Assembly (NCBI GenBank): GCA_045863235.1
Contig: BTUM01000038.1
Coordinates: 1-64,000 of the forward strand
DNA from: Candidatus Xenobia bacterium
Lineage (GTDB): Bacteria; Vulcanimicrobiota; Xenobia; Xenobiales; QWHO01
Reading direction: 5' to 3'
DNA: 64,000 bases
In this document: piece after piece, positions 46,669 to 56,767 of the stretch
How positions within the stretch are numbered: position 1 is the first letter of the stretch
Layout: every line of letters begins with the position of its first letter
The notes under the pieces: model-generated
Database searches by the model: none
Seen by the model: the letters and a program-made list of their open reading frames with translations, nothing else
Told to the model about the DNA's origin: nothing
Program-made: the position numbers and the translations under genes

Positions 46669-46905
46669 GGCTCCCGAGCTTCGCGGAACAATCCTCACGC
46701 CCGTACCAGGGCGTCAGGAAGCCTTGCCTTCCGTCTCGAGCCATCTGCGCGACCTGCTCGAGCCGAGCGTCCGCCCCACGGTGATCCTCGTGGGAAGCGG
46801 ACGAATCCTCTCGAACCTCGTGTTCCACGTGGCGACCACGGGATCCAGGTGCTCGAAGGCCCCTGCGTCGACTTCCTGGTCAGCGAGCAGGGCGACAAGC
46901 GCGCG

Positions 46906-47151
46906 TTAGGCGGCTGGCGGGTTCTCCAGCTGCTCGAGACCAGCCACGAGTTGGGTCAACTCCTGAACGGTATCTTTCGTTTCTGCTGCATGGGCACGAA
47001 TCGTTGCCTCCTGCTCGAGGAAGGCCAGGCGCACCTGGTCGAAGCCGTTCTCCATGATCTGCCGCTGGCTGGTCAGGACTAGCTCGGTGTGCCTCTGGTT
47101 TCTATCCAGCCGGGCATCGATTCTTTCCAAGCGCTTCCTGAATTCTTCCAT
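46906..47151 (-). CDS. Small coiled-coil hypothetical protein
   Basis: GGAGG RBS, 81 aa, heptad pattern. Confidence 0.6.
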   Translation of the reverse strand: MEEFRKRLERIDARLDRNQRHTELVLTSQRQIMENGFDQVRLAFLEQEATIRAHAAETKDTVQELTQLVAGLEQLENPPAA

Positions 47152-47222
47152 ATGCCGCCTCCTCGCTCCATTTAATCACAGCAGGTCGTCTCAGCCAAGT
47201 CTAAAGGAGCCCAAGCTGGATT

Positions 47223-47960
47223 TCAGCCCAGGCCGCCCTCCAGCACCAGCCGGTTGCCCTGCGTGCCCAGCTGGGTCAGCTTGACCTCGAGACCGGGAGG
47301 CAGCAGGTTCTTCGAGTCGAGCACCAGCGCTTCGTCGTCTTGCTGCAGATCGAGCCTCTTGAGTGCCTCGCCGGCCAGGGCCTGGGCGATGGTCAGAGCC
47401 AGGCGAGGGACCGGCAACCCCATCACTTTCACGCGCTCGGGAGTAAAGCGGAACTTCTGGTCGGCGGTCAACTCCAGCCTGCCCCGCAGGGTGAAGGGGA
47501 CGCTGGCCAGCTTGTGCAGCACGCCTTTGACCTGAACCAGGCCGCCTGGCTCGAAGGCAAAACTGACCTCTTTGAGTCCTTCTCGCGCCAGCACCGCGGC
47601 CCCGCCCGTACGGACCGCCTCGGTGGCCACCAGGGCCGGAATGCCCAGTCGCACCCTGCGGATGCGAACCGGACCCCTGCTCAGAAGCCGGGCGGGCTCG
47701 GCCAGGAGCTCGGGGGGAATCTCCTGGTCCATCTCGGCGCTCAGCTCCTCGACGTGCACTCCCGACAGGGTCAGATCACGAATTTCGAGCTTGTTTCCCT
47801 GAAGGTCGAACTGGGCGGCCGGCCCCGCGGCGTGACGGTTGGCCAGCTCGGCCTGCAGCTGCTGGTTGGGAGCCGGGCGAGAGATCGGGTTGTCCTCGGG
47901 AGCCGGGTTGGAAGCTCCGAACCGCTGCCGGGCAGCTTGCATCGGGTCGCGAAAGAGCAC
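47223..47960 (-). CDS. Hypothetical protein, LmeA/DUF2993-like
   Basis: Beta-rich, ends LPPGLEVKLTQLGTQGNRLVLEG, like DUF2993 proteins. Confidence 0.55.
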   Translation of the reverse strand: MLFRDPMQAARQRFGASNPAPEDNPISRPAPNQQLQAELANRHAAGPAAQFDLQGNKLEIRDLTLSGVHVEELSAEMDQEIPPELLAEPARLLSRGPVRIRRVRLGIPALVATEAVRTGGAAVLAREGLKEVSFAFEPGGLVQVKGVLHKLASVPFTLRGRLELTADQKFRFTPERVKVMGLPVPRLALTIAQALAGEALKRLDLQQDDEALVLDSKNLLPPGLEVKLTQLGTQGNRLVLEGGLG

Positions 47961-47981
47961 GGCTCAGTATACCACGGCCTG

Positions 47982-48569
47982 TCATCCTGGCAGGTGGCGC
48001 ACCGACCAGGCCACTCGTTGAGCCGCCCCCAGGCTGACCAGGGCGGCGGTCAGCCAGAACCAGCCGCTCATCCAGGCCGGGAACACAAGCAAGAGCGTGT
48101 ACAAGATTATCGTCTCGGTCCCTCCAACCATTCCGGCCGGCATGACCAGAGAGGTGGCGCTGCCCTCGGGTCTTTTGAGAAGGGCTGAGAGCAGCATCCA
48201 ACTGGCGGCGTTCACGTAGTAGCTGGCCAGCAGGAAAGCCAGCGCCAACAGGGTGGCGCGATCGCCGCGCGAGCATCCCAGGGCCAGCACGATGGAGGCA
48301 TAGACCAAGATGTCGGCCATCAGGTCGAGATAGCCGCCTCGGTCGGACTGTCGATTCTGGCGCCGGGCGACCACCCCGTCTAGCCCGTCGCACAGGCGGC
48401 CCGCCCAGAAGCAGGCAAGCGCCTCCGGAAAGCGGCTCTGGGCAGCCAGCACCGCCGCGACAAGTCCCAGCGCAAGACCCAGCAGGGTCAGCCAGAGGGG
48501 CGGGATGGGCAGACCGGCCAGCGGCTCGAGCAGTCGGTCCTTCAGTGGGCGCAATGCAGAATCAAGCAT
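47982..48569 (-). CDS. CDP-alcohol phosphatidyltransferase family protein
   Basis: DGLDGVVARRQNRQSDRGGYLDLMAD signature. Confidence 0.9.
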   Translation of the reverse strand: MLDSALRPLKDRLLEPLAGLPIPPLWLTLLGLALGLVAAVLAAQSRFPEALACFWAGRLCDGLDGVVARRQNRQSDRGGYLDLMADILVYASIVLALGCSRGDRATLLALAFLLASYYVNAASWMLLSALLKRPEGSATSLVMPAGMVGGTETIILYTLLLVFPAWMSGWFWLTAALVSLGAAQRVAWSVRHLPG

Positions 48570-48627
48570 GAAGCTCCCTTCGAGGCCTCTACCAGGATTC
48601 TCCCGCGGATCCACGCATAGGCCTGCC

Positions 48628-49686
48628 ATGCGCCGGATCATCGAAGTGGAATCAGTCCTCGAGCAAACTTCCTTGCAGGACTGCGTTCTACAAGACCTGG
48701 ACCTGAGCGGTCTTGACCTGGAGCGGCTGGCCCGCTCGGCGGCCGGAGCGGTCTTTCTGGGATGCCAGCTGCCTGACGGGGGCCTGGCGCGGCTGTCCGA
48801 GGTGGGAGCCCTGGTTCTGCCGCGCTTGCCGGGGCTGCCCTTCAATCCTTATCGCACCAGGCTCTACAGCTGGCAGGAGTTGCGCGACGATGATCTGGAC
48901 CTGCGCATTTACCAGCACTTCCTGGCCCGGGGGAGAAGCCAGCCGGACGTGGTGGAGGCGCTGGCCGAGCGACTCCATGACCACGCCATCGAAGACGCCG
49001 TGCGTCAGTTTCTGGCGGGGGGGCCGCGGATGGTGGGCATCATGGGCGGTCACAGCGTGCCACGCGATCATCCCGACTACGCCCGCACCGCGGAGGTGGC
49101 CCGCCGGCTGGTCCAGGAAGGCTACACGGTGGCCACCGGAGGCGGGCCCGGGTTGATGGAGGCGGGCAACCTGGGGGCCTATCTCGGCAATCGCAGCGCG
49201 GCCGAGCTCGAGCAGGCCCTGACGATCCTGCGAGCCGATGACGACCACTATCGACCGGCCATCCAGGTTCTGGAGCGCTTCCCCGAAGGATGCTCGAGCC
49301 TGGCCGTGCCCACCTGGTTCTACGGGCACGAGCCCTCCAACGTCTTTGCCAGCGCCATCGCCAAGTTCTTCTCCAACAGCCTGCGCGAGGACGGCTTGCT
49401 GGCCATGTGCCTGCACGGAGTCATCTACTCCAGGGGGAGCGCCGGCACGACCCAGGAGATCTTCCAGGACGCCGCTCAAAACCATTACTGCACCTTCGGG
49501 TGGTACAGCCCCATGGTCTTTCTCGGGCGCCAGCGCTACGAGCAGGAGACCCGGCTCTACGAAACCCTCAAGCAACTGGCCGGCACTCAGACCTATGCCA
49601 GCATGCTCTTTCTCTCCGACAGCCCGGAGGAGGTGGTGGCGCACATCGTGAGCCATCCGCCCATCCCTCGGAAGGCTGGCTGCTGA
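48628..49686 (+). CDS. LOG-family (lysine decarboxylase-like) Rossmann-fold protein
   Basis: GIMGGH, TGGGPGLMEAGN, PTWFYGHEP, NSLREDGL, GSAGTTQEIF. Confidence 0.85.
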   Translation: MRRIIEVESVLEQTSLQDCVLQDLDLSGLDLERLARSAAGAVFLGCQLPDGGLARLSEVGALVLPRLPGLPFNPYRTRLYSWQELRDDDLDLRIYQHFLARGRSQPDVVEALAERLHDHAIEDAVRQFLAGGPRMVGIMGGHSVPRDHPDYARTAEVARRLVQEGYTVATGGGPGLMEAGNLGAYLGNRSAAELEQALTILRADDDHYRPAIQVLERFPEGCSSLAVPTWFYGHEPSNVFASAIAKFFSNSLREDGLLAMCLHGVIYSRGSAGTTQEIFQDAAQNHYCTFGWYSPMVFLGRQRYEQETRLYETLKQLAGTQTYASMLFLSDSPEEVVAHIVSHPPIPRKAGC

Positions 49687-49764
49687 CAGCCCCCCGTAGC
49701 TTTGAGGCCGCGTCGCGACCTGGTGACCTGGTTGCTCACGTTGACGCTGCGGGAGGCGCGGAGG

Positions 49765-50820
49765 TCAGGCCACCAGCCGCGCATAGACTTGCTCCAGCTC
49801 GTCGGTCACCCGTTCCCAGTCGTAGCGGCGCACCAGCTGCCGGGCCTGGCGGCCGAGCTCGAGACGCAGGTCTGGAGCCGCCATCAGCTCCCCCAGTCGG
49901 GCGGCCAGCGCTTCGGCATCGCCCGGGGGGACGAGCAGGCGCTCAAGCGGTCCGGTGAGGACGGTGCGGTAGCCCTCGTTGGCGGCCGCCACCGGGGGCT
50001 TACCGCTGGCCATGGCCTCGGTCAGAACCAACCCGAAGCTCTCTCCGTAGAGTGACGGGGCGCACAGTAGCGCGCAGCGTGCCAGAAGCGCGCGCTTGGT
50101 GGGCTCATCCACCTCGCCCAGAAACCTGGTGCGCTTCGGGGCCATGGCCTCGAGGCGCCCGCGGAGCGGGCCGTCGCCCGCCACCGTCAGGGTCAGCTCG
50201 GGAAACCGGGAAGAGAGCCGGCCGAAGGCGGAGAGGAGAATTTCGACGCCTTTTCGCCGCTCGAGCCGGCCCAGGTAGAGGAGCTCGGGCTGCTCCGGGC
50301 CGGGGGTAAATTCGGCGGTGCAAAGGCCATTGGGGATAAGATGCGCTTCGGAACAGAACCGGGCCAGGTAACGCCGCGTGGCCGGGGACACGGCCACGAC
50401 CGCGCCCATCAGCCGGGAGATCAGCCCCGCCGCCAGGGGCATGGCCAGACGGCAGAGCGAGCCCACGAGAGTCGGCGGGGCGACGTCGTGGAACGTGGCC
50501 AGGCTGGGTACGCGCAGAGCGGCACGCAACTGCCAGGGCAAGAACGGGTTCCAAAACGTGTGGTAGTGCACCAGGTCGAAGCGCTCCAGGCCCCGCAGCT
50601 CCGAGGGCCAGGCCGCGGTGAGGTCGATCTGGCTGTGGTTGAATGCGACCTTCAGGCAGGAGCCGACGAATCGGACCCCCTCTCCGGCTCGGGGACCGCG
50701 GGGCGCGAGCACCTCCACCCGGTGGCCGCGCCGGCGCAGCTCGGCCGTCAGTCCCCGGATGTGGTTCTGCACGCCACCGGGACGAAAGTAGTCATAGGGG
50801 CAGACCTGAGCGATCTTCAT
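49765..50820 (-). CDS. Glycosyltransferase family 4, PimA-like mannosyltransferase
   Basis: CPYDYFRPGGVQNHI, YLGRLERRKG, ESFGLVLTEAMASG. Confidence 0.88.
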   Translation of the reverse strand: MKIAQVCPYDYFRPGGVQNHIRGLTAELRRRGHRVEVLAPRGPRAGEGVRFVGSCLKVAFNHSQIDLTAAWPSELRGLERFDLVHYHTFWNPFLPWQLRAALRVPSLATFHDVAPPTLVGSLCRLAMPLAAGLISRLMGAVVAVSPATRRYLARFCSEAHLIPNGLCTAEFTPGPEQPELLYLGRLERRKGVEILLSAFGRLSSRFPELTLTVAGDGPLRGRLEAMAPKRTRFLGEVDEPTKRALLARCALLCAPSLYGESFGLVLTEAMASGKPPVAAANEGYRTVLTGPLERLLVPPGDAEALAARLGELMAAPDLRLELGRQARQLVRRYDWERVTDELEQVYARLVA

Positions 50821-50930
50821 TGCCGCGTGGTTCTCGCTCGGTCTCGCTTTGCCTACTCGGACCCCGTCGATGACCCCCGGAATTGACCCGCCTGCAGGGT
50901 CGCAGCCGGTGGGCAAGCAATGGAGGCCAC

Positions 50931-51410
50931 ATGGCCTTCGAGCTCGAGAACCCCATCGCCACCCTGCGCCAGTTGTGGTCCATCCTGCGGCGCGTGCCCC
51001 TGGGCCGACAGATTCTCAGTTTTCTGTTTGGCTTCTTCGTCCCCTACACCGGAAGCATCCGGCCCGAGATCATCGAGCTCGAGCCCGGGCTGGTCAAGAT
51101 CAGGATGCGCGACCGACGGGCCGTGCGCAATCATCTGCGCAGCATACACGCCATGGCCCTGGGCAATCTGGCCGAAGCCGCCACCGGGTTGGCCGTGAGC
51201 CTGGTGCTCTCGGATGACCGGCGGGCCATCCTGACGGGCTTTCGCATGGACTACCTGAAGAAGGGCCGAGGTCCTCTGACGGCCGTCTGCCGCTTCCAGT
51301 TCCCCCCCGGTTTTGGGGAAGGCGATCTGGTGGTGGAGGGAGAGGTCCACAACCGGGCTGGCGAGACGGTGGCGGTGGCCCACGCCAACTGGAGAGTGTC
51401 CGCCCGGTGA
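50931..51410 (+). CDS. Hotdog-fold thioesterase-like protein (DUF4442/PaaI)
   Basis: PYTGSI, NHLRSIHAMAL..LAE, DYLKKGRG. Confidence 0.82.
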   Translation: MAFELENPIATLRQLWSILRRVPLGRQILSFLFGFFVPYTGSIRPEIIELEPGLVKIRMRDRRAVRNHLRSIHAMALGNLAEAATGLAVSLVLSDDRRAILTGFRMDYLKKGRGPLTAVCRFQFPPGFGEGDLVVEGEVHNRAGETVAVAHANWRVSAR

Positions 51411-52381
51411 GATTCGACACCGCGCTCACGCGCCACGCCCAGATCGAGGCTCCCATCATCTGTGGGGCTATGTATCCGTGCAGTAATCCCGAGCTGGTGG
51501 CGGCCGCTTCGGAGGCTGGCGGGATCGGTATCATCCAGCCGCTGTCGCTGGTATTCGTCCACAAACACGAATTTTGCGCCGGCCTGCGCCTGATCAAGCA
51601 GCTGACCAGCAAGAGCGTGGGGATGAACATCATCACCGAGAAGTCGTCGCGCAAATACCAGGAGCGGATGAAGGCCTGGCTGGACGTGGCGCTGGAGGAG
51701 GGGATTCGCTTCTTCGTAACCTCGTTGGGGGATCCCGGTTGGGTCGTCAAGCGGGTCGCCCCGGTCGGGGGCATCGTCTATCACGACGTGACCGAGCGCA
51801 AGTGGGCCCAGAAGGGGATCGACAGCGGAGCCCGGGGGTTGATCTGCGTGAACGACCGGGCGGGAGGGCACGCCGGCCGCTTCAGCGCCCAGCGCGTCTA
51901 CGAGGAGCTGGCTGACCTGGGGCTCCCCCTGGTCTGCGCGGGCGGCATCAGCACCCCGGAGCAGTTCGCCGAGGCGTTGAGAATCGGTTACGCCGGGGTG
52001 CAGATGGGCACGCGCTTCATCGCCACCACCGAATGCTCGGCCCACGACGACTACAAGCGCGCCATCGTGAGGGCCACATCGCAGGACATCGTGCTCACCG
52101 AGAAGATCAGCGGGGTCCCGGTCTCGGTGATCAAGACCCCCTACATCGAGCGCAAAGGGACCCGGGCCGGGTGGCTGGCGCGATTCTTCCTCCGCCATCC
52201 CCGGCTCAAGCATTTCATGCGCATGATTTACAGCTTGATGGCTCTCTGGCAACTCAAACGCGCCGCCCTGGAGGGGGCTGGCTACAGGGACTACTGGCAG
52301 GCGGGAAAGAGCGTGGATGGCATCGACTCGATCGAGCCGACGGCAAGTATCATTCGACGCTTCATGGACCAGGCGCAGTGA
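51407..52381 (+). CDS. Nitronate monooxygenase / FabK-family flavoprotein
   Basis: PIICGAM, AGGHAG, AGGIS, GVQMGTRFIATTEC. Confidence 0.88.
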   Translation: MRFDTALTRHAQIEAPIICGAMYPCSNPELVAAASEAGGIGIIQPLSLVFVHKHEFCAGLRLIKQLTSKSVGMNIITEKSSRKYQERMKAWLDVALEEGIRFFVTSLGDPGWVVKRVAPVGGIVYHDVTERKWAQKGIDSGARGLICVNDRAGGHAGRFSAQRVYEELADLGLPLVCAGGISTPEQFAEALRIGYAGVQMGTRFIATTECSAHDDYKRAIVRATSQDIVLTEKISGVPVSVIKTPYIERKGTRAGWLARFFLRHPRLKHFMRMIYSLMALWQLKRAALEGAGYRDYWQAGKSVDGIDSIEPTASIIRRFMDQAQ

Positions 52382-52393
52382 GGACTGGACGAG

Positions 52394-52993
52394 TCAGCTG
52401 AAGCGGGCCCTGACGTAGCTCTCGAAGCGGTCGAGGTCGGCGCGCATTTTGGGCTCGAGGGTGGTGAACTCGAGTCCCAGCCGGCATCGCTGGAACTGGC
52501 CGGTGGGTCGGCTCCAGATCACCCGCGCCCGGCAGATCACCGAGGGTATCTCCCGGATCTCGGTTTCTAAAGTGAGGGTGAGCATGGTATCGATGGGTAC
52601 GTCTCCCTCGGCCTCGATCTGCAGGCCCGAGCGGCTGAAGTCCACCGAGATGGCTTTGAAGGCCGGTAGCTCGGGGGACAGGATGCGCACGCCCAGCTTG
52701 AAGCGCTGAGCCCGGCGCACGTTGCTCTCCGACTTGTCCTTGTTGTGCAGGGCGGCCTGGAACTTCTCCAGTCCCTTGCTCGAGGGCACCTCGGCGTAGC
52801 AGACGAAGCCCGGCTCGTCGGGACGGCAGCTCTTGATGGTGACGGGCAGGGTCAGCTCGGGCAGATCGGGCAGGGAGACCCTGACCTTGACCGTCTGTCC
52901 CACCTGGTTTTCCTTCTGGCAACGAAAGCCGAGTGTGCGGTCCTCGACTTCGAGCAACTCGACTTGCTGGGGCTTACTTAGAAAGCTGAACAT
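52394..52993 (-). CDS. PilZ-domain protein
   Basis: RRAQR (RxxxR), DFSRSG (DxSxxG), LGLEF. Confidence 0.82.
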   Translation of the reverse strand: MFSFLSKPQQVELLEVEDRTLGFRCQKENQVGQTVKVRVSLPDLPELTLPVTIKSCRPDEPGFVCYAEVPSSKGLEKFQAALHNKDKSESNVRRAQRFKLGVRILSPELPAFKAISVDFSRSGLQIEAEGDVPIDTMLTLTLETEIREIPSVICRARVIWSRPTGQFQRCRLGLEFTTLEPKMRADLDRFESYVRARFS

Positions 52994-53006
52994 GGCTCCC
53001 CCTCTG

Positions 53007-53114
53007 CTAAAGTGCAAGGCCTATGGCCTGGCACTTTACAACGCGCTGGAACGCAGTTCCGGCGCGTTCGTCAGATAGTGGCTAATGTGCAAGACCAAAG
53101 TGCGAGCACATTAG
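53007..53114 (+). repeat. Dispersed palindromic REP/MITE-like repeat, copy 2 (most complete)
   Basis: CTAA...TTAG ends; two related outer hairpins flanking the inner hairpin CGCGCTGGAAC-GCA-GTTCCGGCGCG. Confidence 0.85.
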
Positions 53115-55111
53115 ATGCCCCCGGCATTCGGGCCGGTCGCAGTCGAGCCCTCCAGACGGGCTCGACCCCAGAGGCGAGGATTTCCCATCACCTCAGGCCA
53201 GGCGCTCCAGCCCACCCGGCTGAGGTTGGCGTTGGCTCCCGTGGCCGCCTGCGCGTCGTCAGCATCGTAGAGGAGCACGTTCAGCCCGAATTCCGAGGCC
53301 AGCGGCCCTACCTCCGAGCGCGGGATGGCGGCCTCCAGGCGGTAGCCTTCGGCCGTGACACAAGTGGCCAGCTTCAGCCCGCTCACCGGCCCCGGGCGCT
53401 CGTCCGCGTCGCGAAAGGCGATCGGCTGTCCCTGCCGGGTGCGCACGATGATGCCCAGTTTGAAGGTGGTCAGCGTGCTCGGGCTCTTCCCGCCCGGATC
53501 GAGGGTCAGCTCCAGGGCGTCGGTGCGCCAGTGACCGGCCGGGTCGGCCGAATCGATCTGTCCCACCACCCGGTCGTCCTGCACTTCGGCCGCCAGATAG
53601 AGCCAGTCCGGATCCCAACCCAGCCAGAAACGGCCCTGGATGCGGCTCGGCTCCCCCTCCCAGAGCTGCTTCAGCGGCTCGGGCCTCCAGCCGGCGACCT
53701 CCTCGAGCCTGGCATCCACCACCCAGGGAGGCTCGACGCGCGGCAAGGTCATGAAAGGAACCACCTGGAGCCGTCCACCCCCTTCGAGGCGGAACTCGCC
53801 CAGCTCGGAGGCCAGCACTCCCACCTCGACCGCGCTGGCCCCCGGTAGAACGGTCAGGGTGCGCGGGGGATCCAATCGCACCGAAGGGCTCTTGCAGACC
53901 GGCGCGATTCGCATGGATGCTGGCCTGGCGGTACGATTGCTCAGCTCGAAGCGCACCCTGGCGGGATGGGCCTGCGTAACGGCCGCCTCGGGCTCGGCCA
54001 GGACCGGGTCGAGCCCCAACCGGCTGGCCCACTTGCGGTAGTCGGCCACGGCCGGAGTGGGGGCCAGCTCCATCTCCAGCGGAGCACGCACCCGCAGACG
54101 CCAGCGCCAGACCGAGCTCCCGAGCCGGGCCTGGACGATCTGCTCGCCGGGCCGGTCAGGGCGCACCCACCAGCTCTGGCCGCGGCGCTCTACCTGCCAC
54201 TCGGGGGGGACCTGCAGGATCGCCTCGGGACGAGACAGGGAGAGCTCGCCGGGCTGACCTGCGACCAGAGCTCCCGAGACCAGGCGGTCGGCTCCTGCGT
54301 TGGTCGTGACGGAGAGCTCCAGATGCAGCGGATGGTGCAGGCCCTCGAGCAGGTCGGTCCAGCCCGGAGCCCGGCTGTGGGTCACCGAGAAGCTCTCGGG
54401 GCCCAGCACGAAACGCGGTCCGGCTTCGGGCAGCGCGTCCCAGCCCTGGCTGCGATAGAGCCGCAAGGCCTGCAGCTCGCGCTCGGCGGTGGCCGGGTCG
54501 GGAGTGAGCACGAAGTCGGGCTGAAAGCCCTCCTGCCCGTAGCACAGGGCGTAGGCCAGCCGGCCCGGCGCCCAGGGAGGGAGCTGGCTCGGGAATCGGG
54601 TCGGGTCGGCGGCCGCGAAGTAAGCCTCGCTGGCCATCCGGGCGGCGAACTGGTGATGCCCGTGGCCGCTGGGGTACGGGTTCATGGTCAAGATCAGCTG
54701 GGGGCGCAATTCTCTCACCAGGCCGACCAGACGGCCCAGTGTCTCCTCGTCACCCCAGCGTGCGGCGGTGGCGGACTCGCTGGTGGTATAGCCCCAGTCG
54801 AGCCGGTCGAGATACAGGATCGTCTCCACACCCAGCATTCCCAGCGCTCGCCGTTCCTCGTCCTCACGCAAGCGACCCAGGGCCTGGCCCTGCTCGCGGC
54901 CGAGCGCGTTGCCGCCCCCCTCTCCCCGGCTCAAGGTGATGACGGCAGCCCGGGCCTTCCCTTGCTCGATCCAGGTGGACAGAGTGGCGGTGACCCCGGA
55001 GTCGTCGTCGGGATGAGCCCCCACGAACAGCACCGTCACAGCGCCAGGATCAGGCAAGGCCGACAACGCCAACCCGAGAGTCAGGAGCAGTGCAAGAAGG
55101 AACGCGCGCAA
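53111..55111 (-). CDS. Exported PIG-L family deacetylase with C-terminal CBM9-like sugar-binding domain
   Basis: AHPDDD, SRGEGGGN, GHGHH; C-terminal WDPDWLYLAAEVQDD, DALEL, GYRLEAAIP, GLNVLLYD. Confidence 0.85.
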   Translation of the reverse strand: MRAFLLALLLTLGLALSALPDPGAVTVLFVGAHPDDDSGVTATLSTWIEQGKARAAVITLSRGEGGGNALGREQGQALGRLREDEERRALGMLGVETILYLDRLDWGYTTSESATAARWGDEETLGRLVGLVRELRPQLILTMNPYPSGHGHHQFAARMASEAYFAAADPTRFPSQLPPWAPGRLAYALCYGQEGFQPDFVLTPDPATAERELQALRLYRSQGWDALPEAGPRFVLGPESFSVTHSRAPGWTDLLEGLHHPLHLELSVTTNAGADRLVSGALVAGQPGELSLSRPEAILQVPPEWQVERRGQSWWVRPDRPGEQIVQARLGSSVWRWRLRVRAPLEMELAPTPAVADYRKWASRLGLDPVLAEPEAAVTQAHPARVRFELSNRTARPASMRIAPVCKSPSVRLDPPRTLTVLPGASAVEVGVLASELGEFRLEGGGRLQVVPFMTLPRVEPPWVVDARLEEVAGWRPEPLKQLWEGEPSRIQGRFWLGWDPDWLYLAAEVQDDRVVGQIDSADPAGHWRTDALELTLDPGGKSPSTLTTFKLGIIVRTRQGQPIAFRDADERPGPVSGLKLATCVTAEGYRLEAAIPRSEVGPLASEFGLNVLLYDADDAQAATGANANLSRVGWSAWPEVMGNPRLWGRARLEGSTATGPNAGGI

Positions 55112-55384
55112 GGTTGAACCCCTTTTCTCGAATGGCCCGCCTTTCCCCTGATCTTGACGCAATTGTGTGCTAACCTGAATGCGAGTGATGGAACCCTGTT
55201 GGGTTATCAATATCTTGAGCGGGGGACTTGGGCGGGGGACGCTCACCGAGGGGGGGGAGCGGCTCCCGTCCTCTTTTGTTCAGTGAGCTGCTGAGGGTTT
55301 TTGCAGGATCTTGCGCCGACTGAGGTGTCCACCTTCAGCGCGCTTGGAGAAGGAACGCAGCCCGCCAGGGCAAAGCCCGCGCCC

Positions 55385-56767
55385 ATGGCTCGCTTGATCC
55401 TGAAGACGCCCCTCGAGGCCAGCGCCGAGGAGGTCTTCGCCTGGCACTCTCGGCCCGGGGCGCTGCAGCGTTTGCTGCCTCCCTGGCAGGACGTGCGGCT
55501 CGAGCAGAGCCAGGGCGGCCTGGAGGTAGGGGCGCGGCGCACCCTGTCCGTGGGCATGGGCCCCCTGCGAGTGCCCATGCGAGCGGTGCACACCGCCTAT
55601 GAGCCCGGTCGCGGCTTTCAGGACGTGCTCGAGAGCGGTCCTTTTCGCACCTGGAAACACCATCATCGGTTCTATCCGCGTGACGAGAACGGCTCGGTTC
55701 TGGAAGACGAGGTCGAGTTCTCCTATCACGGTGGCAAGCTCCTCGAGCTGCTGGTCAATCCCTTTGTGATTCCCCAGTTGCATCGCATGTTCACCTTTCG
55801 TCATCGGCGCACCCGTCAAGATCTCGAGCGCCACGCCGGCCGGGCCACCCTGCGGGTGGGTCTGACCGGCTCGAGCGGCTTTCTGGGCTCGGGATTGGCC
55901 GCTTTCCTGGAATCCGGCGCTCACACGGTGATCCGCTTCCAGCGCCAGGGTCCGGTGGGGCCGGGGGTGGTCTGCTGGGATCCCGCCACCGGCGAGTGCG
56001 CGGGCGAGGACCTGGAAGGTCTGGACGCCGTGGTGCACCTGGCCGGGGAGAACATCGGGGGGCACCGCTGGAACGCGGCCTTCAAATCCAAAGTTCGCAG
56101 CAGCCGGGTCCAGGCAACCGAGGCACTCTGTCGCACTCTGGCTGCTTTGCGCCGCCCCCCGGCCTGTCTGCTCTCGGCCTCGGCCATCGGTTACTATGGC
56201 TCCTCGGAGGCCCCCGCTACCGAGCAACGCGAAGCCGGTCAGGGGTTCCTGGCCGAGGTCTGCCAGGCCTGGGAGCAGGCCACCCGCCCGGCCGAGGAGG
56301 CCGGCATCCGGGTGGCCCATCTGCGCATCGGCACTGTCCTGGGCGCTCAGGGGGGAGCCCTGGCCAGGCTCTTGCCGGTCTTTCGGATGGGAGGTGGAGG
56401 AGCGCTCGGCACCGGTCGTCAGGGCTTCAGCTGGATCTCCCGTGAGGACGCCATCGGAGCCATCCACTGGCTGCTTTACGACCAGGTGAGCGGCCCGGTC
56501 AACGTGGTGGCCCCCAACCCGGTCTCCAACGAGGAGTTTACCCGCACCCTGGCCCGTGTGCTCGGCCGCCCGGCCTTGCTTCGTCTGGACCCGTGGCTCC
56601 TGCGCCTGGTGGTCGGGGAGTTTGCCGACGAGGCGCTGCTGAGCAGCCAGTGGGTACTGCCTGCTCGCCTGCAGGAACAGGGCTTTCGCTTTCTTTACCC
56701 GGACCTGGAGGATGCTCTGCGAGCCGAGCTGGGGAGATTCACCTTGAAACCTGAGGGGGAGACGTAG
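55385..56767 (+). CDS. SRPBCC domain + TIGR01777-family NAD-dependent epimerase
   Basis: FAWHSRPGALQRLLPPW, GPFRTWKHHH; TGSSGFLG, VHLAGENI, SASAIGYYG, SWISRED. Confidence 0.9.
   Translation: MARLILKTPLEASAEEVFAWHSRPGALQRLLPPWQDVRLEQSQGGLEVGARRTLSVGMGPLRVPMRAVHTAYEPGRGFQDVLESGPFRTWKHHHRFYPRDENGSVLEDEVEFSYHGGKLLELLVNPFVIPQLHRMFTFRHRRTRQDLERHAGRATLRVGLTGSSGFLGSGLAAFLESGAHTVIRFQRQGPVGPGVVCWDPATGECAGEDLEGLDAVVHLAGENIGGHRWNAAFKSKVRSSRVQATEALCRTLAALRRPPACLLSASAIGYYGSSEAPATEQREAGQGFLAEVCQAWEQATRPAEEAGIRVAHLRIGTVLGAQGGALARLLPVFRMGGGGALGTGRQGFSWISREDAIGAIHWLLYDQVSGPVNVVAPNPVSNEEFTRTLARVLGRPALLRLDPWLLRLVVGEFADEALLSSQWVLPARLQEQGFRFLYPDLEDALRAELGRFTLKPEGET

Noticed and set aside
47982..50820. Phosphatidylinositol mannoside (pgsA-pimA) operon
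   Set aside because: The two genes are separated by an opposite-strand LOG-family gene, no acyltransferase is present, and substrates cannot be inferred from motifs.
55180..55215. Fluoride riboswitch suggested by GTGATGG
   Set aside because: The required pairing and downstream conserved motif are not present.
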